The translations under genes were made by a program, and so were the position numbers. 64,000 bases of DNA from Candidatus Fraserbacteria bacterium (GTDB lineage: Bacteria; Bipolaricaulota; Bipolaricaulia; RBG-16-55-9), in contig JBBIPG010000002.1 of assembly GCA_037442925.1 (NCBI GenBank), positions 1 to 64,000 of the forward strand. Direction: 5' to 3'. Numbering within the stretch: position 1 is the first letter of the stretch; each line of letters opens with the position of its first letter. Positions 28,401 to 38,262 of this stretch are shown here, in pieces. A model generated the notes under the pieces. That model ran no database searches. It was given only the letters and a program-made list of their open reading frames with translations, and was not told the DNA's origin.

Positions 28401-29342
28401 GTGTTGTCAACGCAAGTGAAGAGTGCCTCGTACCCAAGTTACCTGGCGCTCCATGAACGCGGTATACTGCACGAGCGGGTCGAAGAAGTCCGCAAGCGCC
28501 TAGAAGCCTGTACGCTTTGTCCACGCGTCTGCCGAGCGAATCGCGTAGAGGGTGAGATCGGTCAGTGCAATGGGAGTCGTTATGCGCTCGTGAGTTCGTT
28601 CGGCCCACACTTCGGCGAAGAGCGCGTTCTACGGGGGACACGGGGCTCAGGCACAGTTTTCTTTGCTGGCTGCAATGTACGGTGCGTTTACTGCCAAAAC
28701 TACCAGATCAGTCAATTGCTCGATGGCTCTCGCGTCACAGCAGAGCAGTTGGCAGAGATCTTCTTACGAGTGCAACAAATGGGATGCCATAATTTGAATC
28801 TTGTCACCCCCAGCCACGTTGTAGCTCAAATTCTCGAAGCGCTTGAGATCGCCATCCCGCAGGGCTTTCGGCTGCCTCTTGTGTACAACACGAGCGCGTA
28901 TGATTCCGTTCAATCTCTAAAGCTTCTGGATGGCGTTGTGGATATCTACATGCCCGATTTGAAATACAGCGACTCTCAGATCGCTCACAAATACTCCGGC
29001 ATCGCTCACTACTGGGACGTCGCGCGGGTGGCATTCATAGAGATGCACCGTCAAGTGGGTGATTTGGCTGTTGAAGATGGCTTGGCCAAGCGCGGACTGC
29101 TCATTCGGCATCTGGTCTTACCCTCCGGCCTAGCGGGCTCTCAAGCAGTCTTGAGCTTCATCGCTGAAACACTCTCGCGCGATTCATGGGTCAACATCAT
29201 GGCGCAATATCATCCAGCTTACAAAGCCTTCGAGTATCCCGAGCTGTCGCGTAGAATCACACCCAAAGAATATGGGGAAGTCGTCGAATACGCGCACTCG
29301 CTGGGGTTGCATCGCGGAATCCCACTGGAATATGCAGACTAG
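28401..29342 (+). CDS. Radical SAM protein, PflX-like
   Basis: CTLCPRVC, HFGEE, GCNVRCVYCQNYQIS, DIYMPDLKY; start approximate (GTG 28401 or 28416). Confidence 0.85.
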   Translation: MLSTQVKSASYPSYLALHERGILHERVEEVRKRLEACTLCPRVCRANRVEGEIGQCNGSRYALVSSFGPHFGEERVLRGTRGSGTVFFAGCNVRCVYCQNYQISQLLDGSRVTAEQLAEIFLRVQQMGCHNLNLVTPSHVVAQILEALEIAIPQGFRLPLVYNTSAYDSVQSLKLLDGVVDIYMPDLKYSDSQIAHKYSGIAHYWDVARVAFIEMHRQVGDLAVEDGLAKRGLLIRHLVLPSGLAGSQAVLSFIAETLSRDSWVNIMAQYHPAYKAFEYPELSRRITPKEYGEVVEYAHSLGLHRGIPLEYAD

Positions 29343-29444
29343 CCGCTCTGCCTGACAAAGACCGCTTAGAGCAAGAGGTCTTAGCCACAAGTTGTCAATT
29401 GCAGACGAGCCCGACTATATTTATATTTGGATAGGGTGACGCGC

Positions 29445-30017
29445 ATGCCCAAGGGGCAGAGAATCTTACTCGTCTGTGTTCTGATCGGTGTGTTGCTCCT
29501 GGCCACTTGTGGAGGAAAAGAGACGGCTTCCAAGAAAGGAGATGAATCTATGGCAACTTCATTCATGCTGACAAGTCCTGCTTTTTCAGAGGGTGGACGC
29601 ATTCCAGACCGCCACACTTGCGCGGCAGAAGATCTCTCGCCCCCGCTCAACTGGAGTGGAGTTCCTTCGGGGACGCAAAGTTTCGCGCTCGTCGTCGAAG
29701 ATCCAGACGCCCCCAGTGGAACCTTCATTCATTGGGTGATCTACAATCTGCCACCCACGCTTACAAGCCTAAGCGAAGGATTGCCGCAAAGCGAGCAGTT
29801 GACAAACGGAGCCGCTCAAGGGATCAGCGATTTTGGGAGCATAGGCTATCGAGGCCCCTGTCCGCCGCGGGGAAAGCCTCATCGTTACTTCTTCATCTTG
29901 AGGGCGCTGGATACCCAACTGACACCGAAGCCCAAGATGACAAGAGTTCAATTGGAGAAGGAGATACAAGGCCATGTACTGGCAGAAGCCCGTCTGATGG
30001 GAACGTACAGTCGCTGA
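29445..30017 (+). CDS. YbhB/YbcL-family (PEBP/RKIP-like) protein with N-terminal export or lipoprotein-like signal
   Basis: EDPDAP, FIHWV, YRGPCPP, HRYFF. Confidence 0.88.
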   Translation: MPKGQRILLVCVLIGVLLLATCGGKETASKKGDESMATSFMLTSPAFSEGGRIPDRHTCAAEDLSPPLNWSGVPSGTQSFALVVEDPDAPSGTFIHWVIYNLPPTLTSLSEGLPQSEQLTNGAAQGISDFGSIGYRGPCPPRGKPHRYFFILRALDTQLTPKPKMTRVQLEKEIQGHVLAEARLMGTYSR

Positions 30018-30022
30018 TTGTT

Positions 30023-30721
30023 ATGACGATCCGAGCGGTTCTACTCGATGTGGGTAACGTGCTCGTGGACGAGACAGAACTCTATGAGATGTATCAGAAC
30101 CAACTCTTGGAGCTCCTGCAAGATGATGGTATTGACGTGTCCCAAGACGAGATGAAAGAATATTTGCAGCAATTCTGGCAACGTGGCTTGTCCAACTACC
30201 GTGCAGCAATCCTCTGGCACTTCGTGAAGCCAGATATCGAGAAGTTTCGGCGATTGCGGAAGGATCTCAAACCTCTGCTGGCGTTCTATGAAGCTTGGAA
30301 GCCAAAGCTGATCTCTGGTGCCAAGGAAGCCGTCGCCTCGTTGAGTCAGAAGTACCAACTCGCACTGGCGGGAAACCAACCGACCCAGATCAAGAGATTT
30401 CTACAATCTCAAGACATCTTGCAATACTTTGAGTATCATCTTGTTTCCGAGGAAATGGGGCTGGCCAAGCCCGACCCACTCTTCTTTCAGATCATCTTGG
30501 ATCGGCTGGGTGTAAGTCCCCAAGAAGCCGTGATGGTGGGGGATCGAGTGGACAATGATATCGCGCCAGCAAAACGACTGGGGCTGAAGACGATTCGCTT
30601 TTTGTTCTGGCCCTTTTCGCTCCAGAACGTGCACACGCCTCTAGAGATGCCGGACTGGACAATTGAGAATCTTGGAGAACTTCCTGAGACGATCACGGCC
30701 CTCAGCGTAGAGCCAGCATAG
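30023..30721 (+). CDS. HAD-family hydrolase
   Basis: LLDVGNVLVD, KPDP, VGDRVDNDI; start at ATG 30023. Confidence 0.88.
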   Translation: MTIRAVLLDVGNVLVDETELYEMYQNQLLELLQDDGIDVSQDEMKEYLQQFWQRGLSNYRAAILWHFVKPDIEKFRRLRKDLKPLLAFYEAWKPKLISGAKEAVASLSQKYQLALAGNQPTQIKRFLQSQDILQYFEYHLVSEEMGLAKPDPLFFQIILDRLGVSPQEAVMVGDRVDNDIAPAKRLGLKTIRFLFWPFSLQNVHTPLEMPDWTIENLGELPETITALSVEPA

Positions 30722-30731
30722 CTGAAAAACC

Positions 30732-30765
30732 AAGATCCCCGGAGCTTAGGAAGTCCGGGGATCTT
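30732..30765. terminator. Bidirectional intrinsic terminator
   Basis: 12-bp stem AAGATCCCCGGA/TCCGGGGATCTT between convergent genes, A-run on the left and T-rich on the right. Confidence 0.8.
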
Positions 30766-30796
30766 TGTGCTGCTACGACCGTAGAGTGATAACGAC

Positions 30797-31507
30797 CTAC
30801 CTCTTGACTTCGATCTTGTAGATCGTCTTGTTGGCGTCGAACTTGATCTCGACGCTTCTGCCGAGGTAGTTCGGTAGCTGATCGAATGAGATGCGACCTT
30901 CTTCCTCAACCTCGACTTCTACGTTGTTCCTAACGGAGTAGACTCTGCCATCAACTGTGATCTTCAAGCCGGATACGTCGACAGCATCCAGCCGCCCCGT
31001 CGCTTCCCATTGGACCTCGATCTGGTAGACTGTCGTGCTGGAACTGAGCTTTAGTTCGACAATCCTGCCGATGTAGTCCGCCAGTTGGGCAAAAGAGATA
31101 TGCCCTTGATCCTCGATTTTGACCTCTACGCTAGATGTGACGGAGTAGATTCGACCGTCAACGGTGATCGTCCATCCTGCCACATCTACGGCATCGAGTC
31201 TACCGCGCGTCTCCAGTTTGACTTCGATCTCGCGGACCGTGTTGTCTGTAGTGAGTTTCAGCTCAACGATCCTGCCCACGTAGTTGGGCAACTGGCTGAA
31301 TAAGATGTGCCCTTGTTCCTCCACTTCGATCTCCACGTTGGGGCTGACGGAGTAGATCTGACCGTTGACGGTCACTTTCAGCGCTGGCACATCTACAGCA
31401 TCGAGCCGCCCCTTGGCTTCGACTTCTCCATCCGAGCTGGCCCAAGCCCCTACCGCCAGTGCGGCCAGAACGATCACCACGAACATGAGTGAGTTGAACG
31501 CCTTCAT
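30797..31507 (-). CDS. Secreted protein of three 69-aa beta-rich repeats (DUF5666-like)
   Basis: Signal peptide (AWA-S); GGAGGTGA RBS before ATG 31507; GRLDAVDV...TV.G..YSV repeated three times. Confidence 0.8.
   Translation of the reverse strand: MKAFNSLMFVVIVLAALAVGAWASSDGEVEAKGRLDAVDVPALKVTVNGQIYSVSPNVEIEVEEQGHILFSQLPNYVGRIVELKLTTDNTVREIEVKLETRGRLDAVDVAGWTITVDGRIYSVTSSVEVKIEDQGHISFAQLADYIGRIVELKLSSSTTVYQIEVQWEATGRLDAVDVSGLKITVDGRVYSVRNNVEVEVEEEGRISFDQLPNYLGRSVEIKFDANKTIYKIEVKR
30800..31420 (-). repeat. Three tandem in-frame 207-bp repeat units
   Basis: Units 31420-31214, 31213-31007 and 31006-30800 align without gaps at protein level. Confidence 0.9.
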
Positions 31508-31528
31508 AGGGATCACCTCCTTTCTGTT

Positions 31529-32011
31529 TCACTCATCAGCTGAGCTCTGCTTTTCAATGGGCTGAGTGAGTTTGACGCCTGCACCATGCTCATAGACGAG
31601 TTGGCCTCCGCGATAGCCTGTGACAGTGAGTAGACCCAAGCCGACGACTCCGGCGATCACATAGACTGCCAAAGCTACCCTAGACACCAGCGGTCGCTTG
31701 ATCCAAGTCGTCGCCAGAAGAATTCGCAAAATCGCCACTGCCATCAGCAGATACGCCGTGAGTTGGCCAAGCTGAGCGTGGTTGTCCAAGACCGCTTCGC
31801 CAGCCTCACTCAAACCCGCTTCTACCGTCTCTTCCACGCTGAGTCCCGTGAGCATCGCTGCTAAGGCACCCAGCGCACCCAAGACCACGAGTACGAGCCC
31901 CATCTTCTTCAGCGTTTCTCGTTCGGCTAGATGCCCCATCACGTCAACCACCAAGCCCGTGATGAAGAGCGCGATGGGGAAGTGGACTACAATCGGATGT
32001 ACATTCGGCAT
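31529..32011 (-). CDS. DUF2231-like membrane protein
   Basis: HPIVVHFPIAL N-terminus, conserved His, GYRGGQLVYEHGAGV. Confidence 0.8.
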   Translation of the reverse strand: MPNVHPIVVHFPIALFITGLVVDVMGHLAERETLKKMGLVLVVLGALGALAAMLTGLSVEETVEAGLSEAGEAVLDNHAQLGQLTAYLLMAVAILRILLATTWIKRPLVSRVALAVYVIAGVVGLGLLTVTGYRGGQLVYEHGAGVKLTQPIEKQSSADE

Positions 32012-32058
32012 ATACTCATGCTCCTCTCTGGATCACAGCCCCAGCTTACGCCATTGCC

Positions 32059-32121
32059 GGTGAAGGACCCATAGCAGGGAGAGGAAAACCCTCTGAAAGG
32101 TGGGTGAAAAATCGGTGAAAA
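32059..32121 (-). promoter_or_regulatory. 11-bp-period direct repeats (GGTGAAAA-like), probable OmpR-family operator
   Basis: GGTGAAGG 32059, GAGGAAAA 32081, TCTGAAAG 32092, GGTGAAAA 32103 and 32114; -10 TAAGCT at 32048-32043. Confidence 0.6.
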
Positions 32122-32139
32122 CGCTGGACGTGGGTCTGG

Positions 32140-32802
32140 CTACGCTGCCAGCTTGTACCCGAAGCCGGCCACTGTCTGAATCAGTTTGGGTCTTTTAGCA
32201 TTCTGTTCCACTTTACGTCGCAAGAGATAGATATAGCGCTTGACATCGGTGGAAGAAGCCAGGCTCCCTTCCGGCCAGATGCTCTTGATGATCTCTGCAT
32301 CCGAGAAGACGCGGCCGGGTTGCGAAGCCAGGAGCTTCAAGAGATCGTACTCTTTAGGCGAAAGCCTCACTTCATGCCCTCGCCGCCTGACGATCTTGCG
32401 CACATCGTCGATCTCAAGTTCCCCAACTCTAAAGAGGGCCACCGGCCCCAGGCGACGTATTACGGCCTCCAGGCGCGCCTCAACCTCGCGCAGCTTGAAG
32501 GGTTTTACAATATAATCGTCTGCCCCAGCCTGCAGGGCTTGCACGACATCGTCCGTGGCATCTCTTGCCGTGATCATGAGCACGGGAGTTTGCCCCGATG
32601 CGCGGATGTAATGCAAGACTTCCCAGCCGTCCAGCTTGGGCATCATGATGTCCAGCAAGACTATGTCTGGCTTGAGTTCGGAGTACTGCTTGATGGCTTC
32701 CATGCCGTCGGCAGCCGTGATGATCTCATACTCTTTGGCAGCCAGAAATGTCTTCAGAATCTCGCGGGCATCGGCATCGTCCTCGGCAATCAGAATCTTC
32801 AT
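32140..32802 (-). CDS. OmpR-family response regulator
   Basis: LLDIMMP, GADDYIVKPF, LSPKEYDLL, TVAGFGY. Confidence 0.93.
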   Translation of the reverse strand: MKILIAEDDADAREILKTFLAAKEYEIITAADGMEAIKQYSELKPDIVLLDIMMPKLDGWEVLHYIRASGQTPVLMITARDATDDVVQALQAGADDYIVKPFKLREVEARLEAVIRRLGPVALFRVGELEIDDVRKIVRRRGHEVRLSPKEYDLLKLLASQPGRVFSDAEIIKSIWPEGSLASSTDVKRYIYLLRRKVEQNAKRPKLIQTVAGFGYKLAA

Positions 32803-34187
32803 CGCTCGCTCCTTCGCGGGAGGGATATGTAAAAGGTGCTTCCCTGATGGAGTTGGCTCTCGACCCAGACGCGTCCACCGTGCATTTCCACGTAACGCTT
32901 GACGATAGCCAATCCCAGCCCCAAGCCTTCCGTTTCACGTGTCGTCGAAGCGTCCAGTTGGGTAAAGGGCTCGAAGATCCGCTTCTGATCTTCCTCTTTG
33001 ATCCCGATCCCACTGTCATGCACCGCGAAGAGCACTGTATCTCTCTTCTGTTGAAGTCGAATCTCCACAGATCCCTGTTCGGTGTACTTGATGGCATTGC
33101 TCAACAAGTTAATGAGAATCTGCTTGAGTTTTGTGCGATCGGCTTGCAATGGCAGAGCGCTCTTTCGCCCGAAACGAAGGGTGACCTTCTTGGCAAGTGC
33201 CAGCGCTTCTACACTGTGCATCGCTTCCTCAACGACGTGCTTGGCATCGACCTGCTCCATGTGGAGTTTCTCCTCACCCATCTCCAGCTTGGAGAACCGC
33301 AGCACATTCTCGATCAACTCCGAGAGATGTTCTCCCGATCTCATGATGGCATCCAGGCGCTTCTTCTGAGCCTGGTTGAGGCGACCCTCGACCTCCTCCT
33401 TCAGCAGTTGTGCGGAGCCGAGCAGTGTGTGAAGTGGGGTGCGCAGTTCGTGACCCATGATGGTGAGAAACTCCGACTTGGCGCGATTGGATTTCTCCAG
33501 CTCTTGCTTTGTGTGAACGATCGAGTCTGCCATGTGATTGAATTCTTCTGATAGCGTCTCCAGCTCGTCCCCGCTTTTGACAGAAGACCGCGCCTCGAAC
33601 ATCCCTCGGCCAAACGCCCGCACGGATGCCATCAACTGTTCCACCGGCCGCAAGATGACTCGATAAAGCCCGAATGCCACCAGTGTCCCTAGCAGTATAA
33701 AGCCGACGCTGGCACCCGAGACGATCAGAATGTCCTGCCCAATCTCGTACTGGATATACGTAATCGAAAGCCCCAAACGGACATAGCCTGAGCTGCTGCG
33801 TTGTTTGATGTCTAGATATGGCGTGCCGTCGAGCAGACGACCGCGACGGATCTCAAACTCTGCTGTCACCGCTTCCGTTGGCAGATCGACCGCAACACGC
33901 TTTTCTTCAGCGAGAACTCTTTGGTCTTGGACGATCTGCGCGTAGATGACGGGTTCTTCGAGGAGGTTCCGCAGCAGCCCTGGCAGCCTATTCTCCTCAC
34001 CTAACGAGAGCAGGTGGGCCGTTTCTGTGACGGTATGTTTCGCTAACTGTCGGCCTCGTTCCACAAACTGTTCTTCGAGCTCGTAGGCCATGCGATAGGC
34101 AGCAATTGCCCCAAACAGAATCGAAAGCAGGATCGTAAAGGCAACGAACGCAACGATGAATTTGCCCTTCAGGCCAAAACGTCGCAT
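32799..34187 (-). CDS. HAMP-domain sensor histidine kinase
   Basis: Two TM helices, HAMP, GHELRTPL, NLLSNAIKY, DSGIGI, GLGLGL. Confidence 0.93.
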   Translation of the reverse strand: MRRFGLKGKFIVAFVAFTILLSILFGAIAAYRMAYELEEQFVERGRQLAKHTVTETAHLLSLGEENRLPGLLRNLLEEPVIYAQIVQDQRVLAEEKRVAVDLPTEAVTAEFEIRRGRLLDGTPYLDIKQRSSSGYVRLGLSITYIQYEIGQDILIVSGASVGFILLGTLVAFGLYRVILRPVEQLMASVRAFGRGMFEARSSVKSGDELETLSEEFNHMADSIVHTKQELEKSNRAKSEFLTIMGHELRTPLHTLLGSAQLLKEEVEGRLNQAQKKRLDAIMRSGEHLSELIENVLRFSKLEMGEEKLHMEQVDAKHVVEEAMHSVEALALAKKVTLRFGRKSALPLQADRTKLKQILINLLSNAIKYTEQGSVEIRLQQKRDTVLFAVHDSGIGIKEEDQKRIFEPFTQLDASTTRETEGLGLGLAIVKRYVEMHGGRVWVESQLHQGSTFYISLPRRSER

Positions 34188-34214
34188 GGCACGCCGTAAG
34201 TCTAGAGCCTGCCT

Positions 34215-34652
34215 TCAGGATTTTCCGCGAGCTTTGCGGTTTTTCTTCCTCTCCACGGCATAGGCCATCTCAGACAACGTTGTCGATTGCAGATATTCCT
34301 TGATCTGCTGGCGCAGTGGCTTGAACGTCTCATGGAGCGGACAGGGCATCTTGTCGTTGCACCGGGAGAGTCCTACGGCACACTCGTCCAAGTCAGCCAC
34401 GCCATCCACGGCTTTCTTGATCTCGTAGAGGGTGAACCTCTCTGCGGCCTTGGCCAGCTGGAAACCGCCTCCGGGTCCCTTGGTGGATCGTAGGAGCCCA
34501 TCTCGAGCCAGATCTTGTAAGATCTTGCTTAAGAAATAGTGTGGGATCTTCTCGCTCTGGGAGATCTCCTTGGTGAGACAGAGCCTATCCGGATGCCGCG
34601 CCAAGTATGTCAAGGCCCGAATGGCATACTCGCAAGCGTTCGAATAGATCAT
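34215..34652 (-). CDS. Rrf2-family regulator with Cys/His Fe-S ligands
   Basis: EYAIRAL, KGPGGGF, CAVGLSRC....CPLH. Confidence 0.9.
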   Translation of the reverse strand: MIYSNACEYAIRALTYLARHPDRLCLTKEISQSEKIPHYFLSKILQDLARDGLLRSTKGPGGGFQLAKAAERFTLYEIKKAVDGVADLDECAVGLSRCNDKMPCPLHETFKPLRQQIKEYLQSTTLSEMAYAVERKKNRKARGKS

Positions 34653-34694
34653 AATGAGAACCAGAAATCTTTATAACACAATTCGGTCGTTGTT

Positions 34695-37163
34695 TCAAGT
34701 TTTATGGCGCTTCGGAGGAGTTGGTGGCTTTCTTTTCGTCACTTTTGCCTGCTTCTTGCGTGCTGGCTCTTCTTCCGGGGCTTCTTGGAGGCACTCGGCC
34801 AGCTCTTTCAATCGTTCCTGGATGCGATAGTTTACCGTGTCCTTAGGAAACGTTCCATCGGAGGCACGCTCCCCCGCGGGGACGCCGGTCAGGATCTCTA
34901 TGCCCTCGTCGATTGTCTTTACGGCCCACACATGGAATCTGCCTGCTTGCACCGCATCGATCACTTCTTCGCGCAACATCAAGTTCCGCACGTTGCTCGC
35001 GGGGATCATCACTCCCTGCTCCCCCGTCAGCCCTTGGATTTGACAGATCTCGAAGAAACCTTCGATCTTCTCGTTCACGCCACCGATGGCCTGGATCTCG
35101 CCATGCTGGTTGACCGAGCCCGTTACGGCAATGCTCTGTTTGAGAGGGAGTCCCGCAAGCGACGAGAGGAGGGCGTAGAGTTCCGCGCTGGAAGCGCTAT
35201 CGCCCTCGATGCCTTCGTAGCTCTGCTCAAATACCAATCGCGCTGCCAGCGTGATCGGCATTCCTTGCGCGTACTTGTGAGAGAGGTAGCCGCTTAAGAT
35301 CATGACCCCCTTGCTGTGAATGGGGCCACCCAGCTCGACTTCACGCTCGATGTCGATGATCCCTTCTCGTCCCGGTGCTACGCTGGCTGTGATGCGAACC
35401 GGTCGTCCAAACTCATAATCGCCCAGATGGATCACGGAAAGACCATTCACTTGACCCAGGGCATAATCGCGGGTATCGATCAAGAGGGTTCCTTTGGCAA
35501 TGAGCTCCTGAATGCGATCCCGCAGCAAGCTCTCACGATAGACTTTCTCTCGTAAGGCGCGGTGGACGTGCTCGGCGGTCACATACAAGGAATTCTCTTG
35601 AGTCGCCCAGAAGTGGGCTTCTCGTACGAGATCGGCAATCGCGCCGAAGTGGGTGGAGAGTTTTCCTTGATCTTCCGCTCGGCGCGCGGCATACTCCAGC
35701 ATCTTGGCCATAGCGCTGGCATCCAAGTGTTTGAGCTTCTCCTTCTGGCAGAGGGTACACAAGAAGGAGAGGAAATTCCGCACGTTCTCTTGGGTGCAGT
35801 CCATGTGGGTATCGAAGTCGGCTTTGACCTTGAAGAGCTCGGCAAACTCATCATCGTAGGTGTGCAACAGATAATACAAGATAGGCTCTCCTACGAGGAG
35901 CACTTTCACATCCAGGGGGATGGGTTGCGGTCGCAGGCTCTTGGTGCTCAGAAATCCCAGACGTTCCCCCAGCTCCTCGATCTGGATCTCCTGACTGCGC
36001 AGTGCCCGCTTCAGCCCATCCCAACTGAAGAGATTGCTTAAGAGGTCTTCGACCGGCAGGACTAAATAGCCCCCATTCGCCCGATGGAGCGCGCCCGCTT
36101 TGATCATCGTGAAATCGGTGTAGAGAGCACCGAAGACCGTCTCCTTCTCGATGCGCCCGAAGAGATTGCTGTGGCTGGGATTGAACTCCACGACGACCGG
36201 CGCTCCCTGCTGCTCACTGTTGTCCACCAGCACGTTGACCTGGTATTTCCGAAAGGGGAGATCCGACAGCCATGGCGTGGGAGGGCCCGCTTCCGCAGGA
36301 GGCGGAGAGTCCGTCGGTTTCGCCTTGAAAGAGTCTATATTTTCGAGAATGTCTTGGGACACGGCTTCGAGATGATCTATTACTTGCGGTAGGTCTTGGT
36401 ATTTCTCCAGAAGCTCTTCGATCAAGCCACCGACGATGTAGAGGGCTACTTGCTGATCCAATTCTTGGATTTCCCCTTGGGCGGCGCGTTCCAGTTCGCG
36501 CGCTTGCTTCATCATGACCTTTAGTTCCTCCTGCAGCTGCTCGCGGCGCCGTTGCAGATCCTCGCGTACGGTCGCGGGCAAAGCGAGAAATTCCGCATCA
36601 CTTAAGGGTTTGCCTCCCACCACAGGCACCATCATGACGCCCAAGGGTGTGGCCTGTAGGGTGAAGCCTGCTTCCGCCGCTTGTGCACCCAAGCGTTGCA
36701 GCATCGCTTCTCGCTGTTGGTTCACTGCTTTGACGATCTCGTCACGACGGGCGTTGTATTCATCGCTCTCAAAGACTTTGGGGATCTCTCGGCGCGCATG
36801 CTCGAGGAAGTTCTTCATGTCCCGCTGGAGCTCTTTACCGCGACCTGGAGGAAGCTTCATCACTTGGGGTTGATCAGGATCCGCGAAGTCATTCACATAG
36901 CACCAGTCCGGCGGAGTCTCTTTCTGTTTCGCAAGCTTCTCCAAGAACGCCTTGATGGCCGTCATTTTGCCGATGCCCGGCAGTCCAGCGACATACGTGT
37001 TGAAGCCGATCGCTTGGATGCCCAAGCCAAATCGCAGGGCATTGACCGCGCGTTCCTGGCCGATGATGCCCTCCAGCAATGGGAGATTCTCCGTGGTTTC
37101 GCAGTCAAGTTCTTTGGGATCAAACACGCGTCGAAGTTGCGTGGGTGACAGTTTCTGACTCAT
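34695..37163 (-). CDS. Lon-like protease (LonC/LonB-related, Ser-Lys dyad)
   Basis: GLPGIGK, GALHRANGGYL, EGDSASSAE, GGVNEKIEGF. Confidence 0.9.
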   Translation of the reverse strand: MSQKLSPTQLRRVFDPKELDCETTENLPLLEGIIGQERAVNALRFGLGIQAIGFNTYVAGLPGIGKMTAIKAFLEKLAKQKETPPDWCYVNDFADPDQPQVMKLPPGRGKELQRDMKNFLEHARREIPKVFESDEYNARRDEIVKAVNQQREAMLQRLGAQAAEAGFTLQATPLGVMMVPVVGGKPLSDAEFLALPATVREDLQRRREQLQEELKVMMKQARELERAAQGEIQELDQQVALYIVGGLIEELLEKYQDLPQVIDHLEAVSQDILENIDSFKAKPTDSPPPAEAGPPTPWLSDLPFRKYQVNVLVDNSEQQGAPVVVEFNPSHSNLFGRIEKETVFGALYTDFTMIKAGALHRANGGYLVLPVEDLLSNLFSWDGLKRALRSQEIQIEELGERLGFLSTKSLRPQPIPLDVKVLLVGEPILYYLLHTYDDEFAELFKVKADFDTHMDCTQENVRNFLSFLCTLCQKEKLKHLDASAMAKMLEYAARRAEDQGKLSTHFGAIADLVREAHFWATQENSLYVTAEHVHRALREKVYRESLLRDRIQELIAKGTLLIDTRDYALGQVNGLSVIHLGDYEFGRPVRITASVAPGREGIIDIEREVELGGPIHSKGVMILSGYLSHKYAQGMPITLAARLVFEQSYEGIEGDSASSAELYALLSSLAGLPLKQSIAVTGSVNQHGEIQAIGGVNEKIEGFFEICQIQGLTGEQGVMIPASNVRNLMLREEVIDAVQAGRFHVWAVKTIDEGIEILTGVPAGERASDGTFPKDTVNYRIQERLKELAECLQEAPEEEPARKKQAKVTKRKPPTPPKRHKT

Positions 37164-37206
37164 CGATAGCCTCCCCTGCGATGATTAAAGCAAAAGAGTT
37201 TGGACC

Positions 37207-38262
37207 TTAGCAAATCCTCGGTAATTGCTCACCACTCAGCATATCCAGAATGCGATTGGCACCAATGTGACTCTGTAGCCTCACGAGGCCACCGCGATCC
37301 TCGGTAACCCGACCGATCAGAGACGCATTTCGACCCAAGTCGTCCGCTCGCATCAGCTCAAGAGCGCGCTCTACATCCGACGGGGAGACAAATGCGATGA
37401 ATCGACCCTCGTTCGCGACGTAGAGGGGATCAAGCCCCAACAGCTCACAGGCGCCCTGCACATCGTCTCTTACGGGAATCGCACTCTCCTCCACGGCGAT
37501 GCCAGTTCCCGCGGCCTGCGCGATTTCATTCAAGGCACTGGCCAAGCCGCCGCGTGTGAGGTCTCGCAGACAGTGAATCGCAATGCCTGCGTCGAGCAGC
37601 CTGAGCACCAGGCGGTTCATGGGTGCAGAATCGCTCTCGATCTCGCTTTCAAACGCCAAGCCTTCGCGTACCGCCATGACCGCGATCCCATGGCGTCCAA
37701 TATCCCCATTTAGCAAGATGAGATCACCAGGCTTCACATTCTTGGGAAGGATGGAGACGCCATGCTCGATGCTTCCGATGCCTGCTGTATTGATAAACAC
37801 GCCATCTCCCTTCCCTTTATCGACGACTTTCGTGTCGCCGGTGACCAGCTGCACTCCGGCGAGTTCTGCTGCCTGTTGCATCGAGCGCACCACACGCCAG
37901 AGTGTTTCCATCGGCAATCCCTCTTCCAAAATCAAACCGGCACTCAAGAATAGAGGCCGTGCGCCACACATAGCCAGATCGTTCACCGTGCCGTAGATAG
38001 CCAATTTCCCGATGTCTCCGCCGGGGAAGAAGAGCGGGCGCACCACATACGAGTCCGTCGTGAAGGCCAACTTTGCCCCATTGAAATTGACAATAGCTCC
38101 GTCGTGGCGTTCGTCGAGATAGGGGTTCTTGAAGGCCGGTCCGAAGATCTTCTCGATGAGTTGATGCATGAGTCTTCCTCCACCCCCGTGCGCGAGCAGC
38201 ACCTGAGGGTACTCCGAGATGGGAATCGGACAACTGAGCATGAAATCTTCTCTTTCGGCCAT
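37207..38262 (-). CDS. hypE: Hydrogenase maturation carbamoyl dehydratase
   Basis: [22 protein letters not shown]-terminal PRIC; start ATG 38262 overlaps the hypD stop. Confidence 0.93.
   Translation of the reverse strand: MAEREDFMLSCPIPISEYPQVLLAHGGGGRLMHQLIEKIFGPAFKNPYLDERHDGAIVNFNGAKLAFTTDSYVVRPLFFPGGDIGKLAIYGTVNDLAMCGARPLFLSAGLILEEGLPMETLWRVVRSMQQAAELAGVQLVTGDTKVVDKGKGDGVFINTAGIGSIEHGVSILPKNVKPGDLILLNGDIGRHGIAVMAVREGLAFESEIESDSAPMNRLVLRLLDAGIAIHCLRDLTRGGLASALNEIAQAAGTGIAVEESAIPVRDDVQGACELLGLDPLYVANEGRFIAFVSPSDVERALELMRADDLGRNASLIGRVTEDRGGLVRLQSHIGANRILDMLSGEQLPRIC

Noticed and set aside
30800..31420. CRISPR array or non-coding repeat
   Set aside because: Units are 207-bp, diverged, in-frame coding repeats with no spacers; no cas genes are present.
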